From NCBI GenBank assembly GCA_000165345.1, contig CM000435.1, forward strand, positions 1,184,001 through 1,248,000: a stretch of 64,000 nt of DNA. The letters are read 5' to 3'. Below are positions 50,761 to 60,800 of this stretch, piece after piece; the first letter of the stretch is position 1; each line of letters begins with the position of its first letter. The position numbers were made by a program, and so were the translations under genes. The notes under the pieces were generated by a model. It searched no databases. It saw only the letters and a list, made by a program, of their open reading frames with translations, and was not told the origin of the DNA.

Positions 50761-53433
50761 ATGAATAACGAGATTGAAGTATCCGGAATTTATTCATTAC
50801 CTGAGATAGATAAGTTAATAGGAGAAAAGGTATTTTTTTCATCGGCTCTACAAAATAGCCTTTCAAGCAAAAATGAACAAGAATTAAAAATATATAGTTA
50901 TCTAAATCAAGATTTAAGCGGATCTATCTTAGAGACTGAATCAATTTTAAATAAAGTATTTAACACTGATAACTTTTCTATGACGGATTCGTCTATTTTG
51001 GAGAAAAATGAAGACAATATAGTCGATGGAATTCATCAAAAAGAAGAGTTAAATAGTCATTACGTCTCAGTAGAAAACACTCTGAAAGAGAATCAAAGCA
51101 TTGAAAACTCTTTGAGTGAATTTCCAGATGAAAAAGGAGTAGCAGCTCAAGATGATTTAAACGAGAGTTCTGAAGGGAAAAGTAAAATTAATATCAACGA
51201 AATGGAGCATTTTATGGATGCTGATGCAAACTCTGTTGGGTCTGAGATGGATTCTCTGGATGGATATACAACATTTGACTATGGATTTGATGGGAGTGGG
51301 ATTATTTCTTCTGTGGAAGACTGGGAAAGTGACGATAACTCGGTAGTTTTTAGATATAATGAAATGGCCTGGCCAGAAGAAGCCATATTAGAAGGAACAG
51401 AAACGGATGCAAATGAGGTTATAGAAAATATATGTGAAGAGGATGACCCAGATAAAGATTTAGGCGAAGCTAAATCTGAAGAAGAAATTGTACCTAAAGA
51501 AAATACTCCTGAATGCAAGGATTATAATCAAATTTCAGTTAATGAAGAGAATTTTATTAAAGAATCCGAATTTGTTAGCAGTGAAATCAAAATTGGTGAT
51601 GTTGAATCTATTGGCAGAAGCGATCAAATAGATAGTGATGAAAGAGATGTTATTTATATAAAAAGAAGACCAGGTTCTGAAAGCAGCTTTCATGTTGAAG
51701 GAGGGATGATGCACGTACCTTCAGTTGAACAAGAGGTAGTACTGGAAAAAGTTGCGGGAGAGAGTGCTGAGGCTTCTCCGTCGTCGACAAAATTCAGGAA
51801 ATGGCTTTCAAGTAACTCAGGAACCTCTAAGATCCATTCATATTTAGGAAATTTTAGAGGAGAAAATTTCAAGGATGGCTCCGGGATATCTGGTTCAAGT
51901 ACTTTGAAGAGTTTATTTAAAGTTGGAGGAGTTTTTAGAAGATATGGGTACCTTTCAAACTCTTCTTTTAACTCAAATCTTGTTACAAGTTTGGGAAGTA
52001 TTATTAATCAAGCAGAAAAGAGCAATAGTAGGACATTCAAAGGTGATGATTCTGGCCTATCTCATGTAGAAGTCTTAAACGGAGCTCACGAAGCCAGAAG
52101 AAACTTGAGACAGCGTACCCTTCCGATGAAGATTTCTACAAAATTTCAAATCAGCAATAAGACAAGGAAGGCAAGGGAAAATGATATTGGATCAATTTGG
52201 CTGATAAGAGAAATATATTTATCTTTAACACCTCAAATTCTAAAGCTATCAATGAGTATTGATGGAGAGTGGTTGATTTTAGGAAGTCAAGATGGTAGTA
52301 TACGACAATGGAAGTTTAAAGGAGATGAATTTGGAGATTCTGGAATGATTTCGTCATCAGGCCATCAAATAGAGCCATTCTTTAATGAAAAGGAGGACTT
52401 TAATATTCAAGCTCATTCAAATGCAATCATATCTTTGCACTGGGAGAATGATGAAGGAAGCCATAGGTTTCTCTCAAGCAGTATGGACAGAACTGTGAAG
52501 CTTTGGGAGGCAGGCTCTACAGAACCAAATGCTGTAATTAACTGCTCAGATTGGCCGACATCTGTTTCTTTCCATCCAATACAAAAAAATATTATTTTTA
52601 TTGGCTCATTAGATGCATCTGTACAGATTTTGAGACTAATTCCTAACGAAGGTTCCCCAAATAAATTCCTAACCAAAGTAGTTGAAACGATTAGAGTACA
52701 GGATTTATTGACTTCTTTATCTATTTCACCTAATGGTAAATATCTTGCTTGTGGATTTAAGGATGGGGGAGTTGCATTTTACGATGCTAGAACTTTAAAG
52801 TATAGATGTGATGTGGATTGTAGAAATAGAAGAGGAAAATCCTCAAAAGGCAGAAAAGTTAGTGGTATTTCTTGGAAAAGAGACAATAAAAGTGTTTTAG
52901 TAACTACTAATGATAGCAGAGTGAGATTATTTAATTTGAGTGATTTGTCAACATTTGTTAAATTTAAAGGCCATATAAATGAGGAAACTCTTCTTTCTGC
53001 TCAAATTTCTAATGATGAAAAATTCATAGTCTCTGGTTCGGAAAATGGGTACATTTGTTTGTGGGATCTTCAACCAGATTTTGGAAGATCCATTTTTGGA
53101 ATCCAATACAATAAAAATAACCTAAATGGCTCGAACTTCCACCCAAATGTTACCAGCAACCAAATTTCTTTAAGATATGATAGGATTAACATTAGAAGAG
53201 GTCCCACGCAACATTGTGTTGACTCATTCAAGGCATTTGATTCGTCTCTAACCTCGACTATACTTGCTCCTCCTGCTTTTTCCAAAAAGATTATTAAATT
53301 CTTCAAAATGAACCAAAGAAATTCATTGAATTATCCTTCATTTGGAACCTACATTAATGAAAAAAATGCTCAAATATTTATCGCTGTAAACAGAAATGGA
53401 CAAATCAGAATTTTTATGAACATTCCTAATTAA
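50761..53433 (+). CDS. WD40-repeat protein (C-terminal beta-propeller, long low-complexity N-terminus)
   Basis: WD signatures LGSQDGSIRQWKF, SSSMDRTVKLWEA, GSLDASVQILRL, CGFKDGGVAFYDA, SGSENGYICLWDL in the last ~400 aa. Confidence 0.7.
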   Translation: MNNEIEVSGIYSLPEIDKLIGEKVFFSSALQNSLSSKNEQELKIYSYLNQDLSGSILETESILNKVFNTDNFSMTDSSILEKNEDNIVDGIHQKEELNSHYVSVENTLKENQSIENSLSEFPDEKGVAAQDDLNESSEGKSKININEMEHFMDADANSVGSEMDSLDGYTTFDYGFDGSGIISSVEDWESDDNSVVFRYNEMAWPEEAILEGTETDANEVIENICEEDDPDKDLGEAKSEEEIVPKENTPECKDYNQISVNEENFIKESEFVSSEIKIGDVESIGRSDQIDSDERDVIYIKRRPGSESSFHVEGGMMHVPSVEQEVVLEKVAGESAEASPSSTKFRKWLSSNSGTSKIHSYLGNFRGENFKDGSGISGSSTLKSLFKVGGVFRRYGYLSNSSFNSNLVTSLGSIINQAEKSNSRTFKGDDSGLSHVEVLNGAHEARRNLRQRTLPMKISTKFQISNKTRKARENDIGSIWLIREIYLSLTPQILKLSMSIDGEWLILGSQDGSIRQWKFKGDEFGDSGMISSSGHQIEPFFNEKEDFNIQAHSNAIISLHWENDEGSHRFLSSSMDRTVKLWEAGSTEPNAVINCSDWPTSVSFHPIQKNIIFIGSLDASVQILRLIPNEGSPNKFLTKVVETIRVQDLLTSLSISPNGKYLACGFKDGGVAFYDARTLKYRCDVDCRNRRGKSSKGRKVSGISWKRDNKSVLVTTNDSRVRLFNLSDLSTFVKFKGHINEETLLSAQISNDEKFIVSGSENGYICLWDLQPDFGRSIFGIQYNKNNLNGSNFHPNVTSNQISLRYDRINIRRGPTQHCVDSFKAFDSSLTSTILAPPAFSKKIIKFFKMNQRNSLNYPSFGTYINEKNAQIFIAVNRNGQIRIFMNIPN

Positions 53434-53744
53434 AAACAATCTCTTATATTAGGTTATTCTTCATTTGCACTCTGATAAAAAAAAATTAATATCTTTCAAT
53501 CTATTCCTAAGATAATAACTCTATCTTTTCATTCAAATACACAATATATTCTCGTCACGAAGATACGTATTTCTTTGTTTTTTCTTTATCTAAATAGCAT
53601 TAAACTTATATGAAGGATAACATAATTCTGTGTTATTCAATAGTAATAAATCAAAGCCTGAAAGTAATTACATCAATAAAACTCGGGTATTAAATTTAAG
53701 ACCCTTTCCCGATCAAGGATGAAATATCTAGTATTTACTTTCTT

Positions 53745-55316
53745 TCAAGTAGGAACAAATCCAACTAAGTTTACTATTTTTAATTTATTACTTGAATCAA
53801 ATGATGCATTTAGGCAAATATTTCCCTGAATAAAACGAACATATAATAATAAATTATCGATAGTGAAATTAGGGTTAGAACATTCAGAAGATCCTTCATT
53901 GTTTTCAATAGACAGTATTCTCTCAGCTACTTGCCTGGTTAAACATACATCCTCCAATAGTAATTCATCCCACGGCTTTGGTAAAGGTATTGGATAATGA
54001 ATACCTAGTTCAAGGAGCATTTCATCACTATTTACACTCCTTCTAGAGTTAATTACAACAGCTTCAACCCAAATGACTAATTCATCTTCATTTTGTGGGT
54101 GATCAATTTCATTTAAACTTTCAGAATTAGTTTGTAATACTGATGGAGCTTCCGATAAATTAAATTCATGATTATTATTTATATCAGGATAATAGCTATT
54201 TAAACCCTCGAAATTTTCATCTTGATATTCTAAATCCTCTCTAATTTCAATATCAGCATAATTTTCAAAGTCAAAATAACCTTGTAAATCGTCTACAATA
54301 CCGACATCCAATATTTCATTTTCCTTTTCTTCAATGGACTTAGGAAAAATCTCAATAACTGAATTAGAATCAGAATTAGAGTTATCTGGTTCTATAAAGC
54401 ATTCATCTTTGATTTCTAATTTCTCTAATAATAACTCGTCTTCAATCAAAGAGTTGCTTAAAAAAGAATCTGAATTAACTTGATTCAGTGCTTTTTGGTT
54501 TGAAATAACTTTATAGTTCTCTTCAAATATCTGATTATCTTTTTTTTCCTTTAAGCCTGAATTTGTAATCACAAAGTTTGAGTATGACCTGATATCTAAG
54601 ATCCCCTCTGGGGTTTTAATTGGTTTCTTAACTAAGTTTTCTGACAAAATAGAGGAGCTGGAATTGCTTGTAGACTTTTCTCCTATGTTTTCATTGAGCT
54701 TTTTAACTCGATCATGAACACTTTGTTCAGCATCTTTATGCATGATAAAAGTAAGCATTCCAGGTAATAAAAGCATGACTCCTCTTTTGATTTCAGGCTC
54801 ACCTGACAAAAGAACCAATATATGGGCGTTGTTATCTCGCTGATTTGAATCTCCATTCTTTTCAATATGTTCTGTATATTTGCACCAAAAGCTTATGAAT
54901 TCATCTAATTCAGGCATGTACCTATATTCCATTGCAGAGCATACATTTGTGCCATCTGTTAAAATGAGTTTCATCATCCTATTCTTAGAAGGAGTAGTTA
55001 TTGATACTTGCTCCATCTTAGATAAATCTGAGTTAAAATAGAATCGATTTCTAGACTTAGCCTTGGAAACATCCTCAGCCTCTATTAATTGCAATAAATG
55101 AACTCCTTTTAAGTTAATTTTATGCAAAGAATGAATATCCAAAGGTAGACTTCCTTTCTTAATAATTTTTGATAGGTCCACTGAAAGCAAAAGTTTTAAA
55201 AGTTTGTCAGAATAATCATCATAATCCTCTTTAAATGGTTCTAATAGCTTTTCAACCTCCTCACAAACTTGAATTTGCAAATCCTTCAAAATGTGTTCAA
55301 TCAAATTTTCACTCAT
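53745..55316 (-). CDS. RMI1/TDRD3-like DUF1767 + OB-fold protein
   Basis: NRMMKLILTDGTNVCSAMEYRYMPELDEF…KRGVMLLLPG aligns with human RMI1 [31 protein letters not shown]…LGVLLLKP. The track start 55328 is TTG; the first ATG is at 55316 (MSENLIEHIL). Confidence 0.45.
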   Translation of the reverse strand: MSENLIEHILKDLQIQVCEEVEKLLEPFKEDYDDYSDKLLKLLLSVDLSKIIKKGSLPLDIHSLHKINLKGVHLLQLIEAEDVSKAKSRNRFYFNSDLSKMEQVSITTPSKNRMMKLILTDGTNVCSAMEYRYMPELDEFISFWCKYTEHIEKNGDSNQRDNNAHILVLLSGEPEIKRGVMLLLPGMLTFIMHKDAEQSVHDRVKKLNENIGEKSTSNSSSSILSENLVKKPIKTPEGILDIRSYSNFVITNSGLKEKKDNQIFEENYKVISNQKALNQVNSDSFLSNSLIEDELLLEKLEIKDECFIEPDNSNSDSNSVIEIFPKSIEEKENEILDVGIVDDLQGYFDFENYADIEIREDLEYQDENFEGLNSYYPDINNNHEFNLSEAPSVLQTNSESLNEIDHPQNEDELVIWVEAVVINSRRSVNSDEMLLELGIHYPIPLPKPWDELLLEDVCLTRQVAERILSIENNEGSSECSNPNFTIDNLLLYVRFIQGNICLNASFDSSNKLKIVNLVGFVPT

Positions 55317-55520
55317 CAATCTATTCAATGTTCAAATCTCATTTAACAGGAAGAAAATGTATTTTGCACATTATAAGTTCATTTGAGCTACTCACTATTA
55401 TTTCAAACTAATTATTTTTTTCTTTTACATTTGGATCAAATATTGTTTGGTACCGTACATAATTTGGCGGGAATTGCAATTCCAAAATAATCAACAAAAA
55501 AATAAAAGAAAGTTAAGATC

Positions 55521-57266
55521 ATGTTTAAAAAGCTTAATATAAAAGAAAAGGGCTGTGATGATGAATCTTTACTCTCTGACAGGTTTCATATTCAGAAACT
55601 TCTTTTAGATTTTGATAGGGAAGCATCCATTCATTTAGATGATGACAATACCGAAGAACTGCTTATTCAACTTTCTAAGATTTATTCAGAATATGTTATT
55701 CCCTTAACTGCAGTTACAATAAATGAAGACCTTGTAAAAAGTTGGAGTTTGTTTAATATTTATTTAAAATTAGAATTGTGTGGTGGCTGTATTGAACACT
55801 TCATATTAGCATTTCAAATGATTTCTAGTATTATTACCACAAATCCAAATTCTGTATATTTATTATTTACTCCATTAAATGAAAGGACTGATATATGCCC
55901 AATAAAGTACATATGTTTGATGTTGAGTAATTCTTTTTATGGCTTAGATCCCAAATCACCAGAATTTGAAAATTTGTTAACTAGTATTAGTTTTTTACAA
56001 ACTGATTATATTGGAAACGGAATTGAAGATGAATTTATTAGAAATTTGGAAAATGGCCAAAAAGATAATTTGAAAGCTATTAAGAATGAAGAAATTGAAA
56101 ATAAGAAATTCAAATTAGAAGAATTGGCAGTAAATTTAATTATTGAATCTCTAGATTTACTTGAGCTAATCCTAAAGTACATAGATGATTTATCATTGAT
56201 GTATGAAGCAGATTTTAAGCAAACCGAAAATTTTATTATTTGCATTAAAGCTTTAATAGATACTTACTCCCCTATATTTCAAACAATTCTCTCATCTAAA
56301 ATGATGTTAAAATTACATGGGAAGGAAACTGATAAGATTAAGGAAACACGAATTATTGTTTTGAGGATTTTTGAGAGGCTGGCTTTGGTTTTATTTAATA
56401 CAGGCCTACTTCCTTACTTTCTTGAATCCCTTAATAAAGAAATAGTTAGTAATCAAGGTACTGTTTTTGAAAGTTTGATGGACATTCTATCTCCAGATTT
56501 TCCGAATTGGTACACATTTAAGTACAAAGGGCTGGAAGAATTAAAAAATTTCATTTTTTCTTTACAACTTCAATTTACTGGATTCTTGTTTTTAAAAACC
56601 ATATGTAACACTGTAGAAGAGCCATCTTCCGCCGTTAATATGCTCTTAAATGTAAGAAAGTATCATATACCTTTTGATGAACTCCCTGACTTTATCTCAC
56701 AATCCAATTATTGGTTTAGCGACATTAAAGACAAAATAAACTTTGATAAAGAAAACACTATTTTTGGAAATTTCTCGGAATATGGGAATTCTTTACCAAA
56801 ATATGTAAACAGTATTTTCTCCAACTTATTCTATAGGGTGGCTGCTGTAGCGTTTCATAATGGGCTCAAACTCCAACAGAATATGATCGATTTTTCTCAA
56901 ATCACTGAAACATTTCATGAAGGTATTATTGGAAGTGAAACTCTGGCTCTAAAAAGACTTTACTCTCTTAAGACTGATCTTTTTATTGTTAATATCCAAA
57001 TTATTACTTTTATAATTTCTTCAATTGTTTCAATTTCTGCAGAAGTTGTTTCCGATGATGAATTTATAAAGTCAAATCCTACAGCAGAAGTTATTTCTAT
57101 TCTTCACTTGTTTTTAGTATGGATCTGCGAGTTCGTATTTGATTACAAATCTAAAATTCCAATATTCTATCATATTCTTGAGGAAATTAATATTATAAAA
57201 ATTAGGCTTCCTATACTATATAATGCCTTTAATAATAAAGATTCTACAAATGATAATAAGATATAG
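55521..57266 (+). CDS. Hypothetical protein
   Basis: 581-codon ORF with an ATG start, predicted helical. Divergent from the 53745 gene, with an E2F box (55466) between them. Confidence 0.5.
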   Translation: MFKKLNIKEKGCDDESLLSDRFHIQKLLLDFDREASIHLDDDNTEELLIQLSKIYSEYVIPLTAVTINEDLVKSWSLFNIYLKLELCGGCIEHFILAFQMISSIITTNPNSVYLLFTPLNERTDICPIKYICLMLSNSFYGLDPKSPEFENLLTSISFLQTDYIGNGIEDEFIRNLENGQKDNLKAIKNEEIENKKFKLEELAVNLIIESLDLLELILKYIDDLSLMYEADFKQTENFIICIKALIDTYSPIFQTILSSKMMLKLHGKETDKIKETRIIVLRIFERLALVLFNTGLLPYFLESLNKEIVSNQGTVFESLMDILSPDFPNWYTFKYKGLEELKNFIFSLQLQFTGFLFLKTICNTVEEPSSAVNMLLNVRKYHIPFDELPDFISQSNYWFSDIKDKINFDKENTIFGNFSEYGNSLPKYVNSIFSNLFYRVAAVAFHNGLKLQQNMIDFSQITETFHEGIIGSETLALKRLYSLKTDLFIVNIQIITFIISSIVSISAEVVSDDEFIKSNPTAEVISILHLFLVWICEFVFDYKSKIPIFYHILEEINIIKIRLPILYNAFNNKDSTNDNKI

Positions 57267-57879
57267 TATATTTGAGCTAAATCTAGACAACTATTGATTC
57301 ATGTGACACAAATGTGAATAGTTATTATTCTCAACAGGGATTAATCTTTCTAGCTCCCCTATTTCTTAAATTACTATTCTATTTAGGCTACACACTAAAT
57401 ATATTATTTCATATTTAAAATCAAACAAGCCAAACTGAATTGAAAAGTCATTTAGTTTCGTAGTCAAAGTAATTTTTTTAATTAAATAGACAAATCTTTA
57501 GGGTGATAGCTTAGAGAAACTTGTGACATAACTCCCCTTATATCTTGCTTTGGACTTGTTTAATTTTACTTGGAGGCGGAGATAGGCTCATTCTTCAGAA
57601 AAATGGCGCGCGCTTGAAAATGTTTTTTTTTGTGTTGTATTGATTAAAATACTTTTTGTTATATATAATAATTAAAAAAATAGAGGAGTTTAAAAACCAC
57701 AACATAGATAAATTTAATAGATTTAGAGAAACAAAAGTAGCTAATCAACTCATAATTGATGTGTCTAAGGTTGAAAACAAAGGCAAAAAATCCGCAGAAT
57801 TAACACTGAAGAATTTATGACAAAAATTAATTAATTTAGGTGGGAAAAGAAAATAGTGGCAGGAGCCTTAAGATCAAAG

Positions 57880-60800
57880 ATGGATAGAGACAGATGGATT
57901 GGATTACTGAGAAATTGTAACAGATCCCTGCTTTCATTCCAAGTATATGCAAACCACCAGTATACAGAAAAGGGGAGTACCCAAGAAATAGAAAATCTGG
58001 TTCTGAAAGATATTCCTCTAGTTGTTCGTGAGAGGATTGAGAGTTATACAAAAAAAAGTATTATTCCTCAGAATATTTCTCCTGAGAGTCAAATATTTTC
58101 AGAAAAGGATGTAATTAAGACAATTTCAAATTGCTTTCAAGTAGAATCAGAAGAAGCCTGTCGAATTTTTAGAGGCTTTAACTATTTAAGAGAAGGCGGT
58201 TTCATTATAAGATTTACAAATACAGACGACCAATTTTTATCAAAAGAGATCATAAATAGAAACGGGAATGATCCTGAAGGTAAATATAGTAATGCTGGAA
58301 CAAACTCTGGAGGAGTTTTGGATTGTTTTTTTTCAGATGTGGACTTAATAAGCAAAATATACGATTTCATATTACAAGAACAGCTTTCTCTACTAGACTC
58401 AGTGAAATTCATGTATGAAAATGCAAATTTTGAAAAGGAACATTCAGGCTATGGAGCAGTTTTAAAGAAGGTTTGTTTTGGAGAAGTCCTCTGGGGAAAA
58501 GACCAAGATCAATCAACAAAAGAAGGGATTGGAAAACATTCTTCCTCATTTAATATACTAGATGAGCTTTGGAGATGGTATTCTAGGTTAGTTAATGACC
58601 AGTTTGTTGATTTTGACAATCCAGAATTGGAAAGAGTTTTTGGAGGTCCTCTATTACAAGCATATTCTAGACAACTACTCGAGTCTAATCTGTTACACAC
58701 TATTTTGGTGGTTCTCCAAGCTCATAAAGGGTATATGGGTAGTTTAACTGGTATTCAAAAGAAACCAGAAACTGAAGTGAGCTCTAACAATAATAATAAT
58801 AGAATCCCTATTGGGGAATCTCTTTCAAGGTCTTCACCTCTTAACAGATGTAGACTCATCATTTCTGAACTCCAGTCAAAATGCTTCCTTGGTAGTCTTT
58901 ATACTTTATATTCCTCCAACAGTGGAATTGGCATAGGACCACTCACGTTTTGCGATAGCAGCTTGGCTCACTCCACATCTATGATAGATCAACTCAGACA
59001 AACTGCCTCCAATGGAGTACTTTTGGCTAGCTCTCTAATACTTTCATTCTCTCCAAAAGAGATTACAATTAATAATGAAGATTTGGGCTTTTTAATCAAC
59101 GTTATAGTAACTTTATTACAGTCAATATGCTCGAATGACTCAGGAGAGGTTTTGTGTGATATCCAACAAGAAAAGTATAACTTTTCTACTCCTGCGAGAG
59201 CTAAAGCTGATACATTTAGTAGAAATGCTCAGAAACAACTATTTATAAGAGGTAACTTACTTTTGGTTCATGCTAAGGTTGTAAAACCCTTATTACCTGC
59301 TCTAATATTCAGCTATGCCTCCATAGTTGTACAAACTCCAAATAGAGATTCACTTTTGGCTCCTATTCTTGAAGCTCCGTCATTCTTTCAATCCTCTGCA
59401 TTTTCTGATTCTTTGGAAAGTATACTTCATGCTCTCAGTTCTCAACATCCTCTTAAACAATATATTTCAGTTTCATTACTTTCAAGCTGCGGATTGGAAA
59501 ACAAGACAACTCAAAACAAAACTTTAGATTTGGATGATGCTTACTTTTCAGAAGATTTTAATAGTGACAATAAGAAAAATATCATTCTGGGAGAAGCCTT
59601 TGGAACATATTACCAGCATTTGGTTCTTTATAGTATAATTAGAAATACAGTTTCAACATTTTCACTCAACTCCTTACCTTTAGTTGCAAGAATTTCGAAA
59701 CATCTAAGTTTCTTACTCAGAAAAGAGCCTAGACTGGTTTATAGAGAATGTTGGAGAGGGGACTATTTCAGACAAATTGGAGTCCATTTAATCATTGAAT
59801 TATTCATGTCATCATTTCCATACGGAATTGTTGAGTTTCTTGATCTCTTAAACAGTCTTGTTCCTGACTTTAATTCAATTTCAAAATTCAATCAAGCTGA
59901 CATCGATATGGCCAAGCAATCATTCAAACTTTTTATGACTTTTTTGAGAACTCCAATTAGAAATATTTCCTTTCCTCCATACCTTTCCTCTCTTGGGTTA
60001 TCTCCTATTCCTGTTAATAATTGGAATCCGGATTCAATAAAAAATGATTCTGAATTCCCTGAGCTTCCTCTACATTTACAAGTATCACGCTTAGAGACAC
60101 CAGATTTGGCTCTTGGAGCATCCTTTTCTCAGGCATCCTTGGCAGGAACGCTTGAAGGATGCTTGTTGGACTTTTTAGAAATCAAACTCAACGATGTAAC
60201 TCCGCTCTCTGCTGGATTTCCGAATGCAAGAAAATGTCTCACACCACTTAGAGTACTTCCTATTGGAGTTGCTCAGTCAGTTCCTTTAAAGTCGCTTTTA
60301 ATCGAAAACTCAGAAACTAGTTTTTCTTCACCTCTTTGGTCAAATTCTCCCTATGGAACTTCTTATGACTTTCCTGAAGTTGAAATGCCACCATATTACC
60401 ACATTTACAATTCTAGAAGCAAGTTAGAAGAAAGCAAAAAGGTAAGAAGTTCCGATCTTCTTGATATTAATAAGCTTAGACTTCCTTCTGAACTTAATAA
60501 TAACTCAACAGAAATTAGGCTTGGAGATTTGGACCCTTTCACAATAAAATTCTGTTGTAAAAATATTCAAAATCCTGATTCTTTGCCATCGCTTCTCAAA
60601 ATTTTGTTGTTGATCTGGGAATCTATTGGCCTTTCATTGTCACAGTTTGGCGGAAACTTGATAAAACAACATATTGAAATGCTGGTTTCACTTAGCGAAC
60701 TTATATATAGACTTGCATCATTCCACCCTTCAATTATATTTGTTCTTGATCAGGAAATCTTCTCATGGAATGCACTAATTCCGAATGCTACCCAACAAGG

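Noticed and set aside
47623-55316. A DNA-repair 'cluster' (CtIP-like, RMI1-like and a 2H enzyme within 8 kb)
   Set aside because: Eukaryotic nuclear genes are not organised in functional operons. Intervening unrelated genes (a COWP-like gene, a WD40 gene) make this most likely coincidental. Only the bidirectional CtIP/2H promoter is noted.
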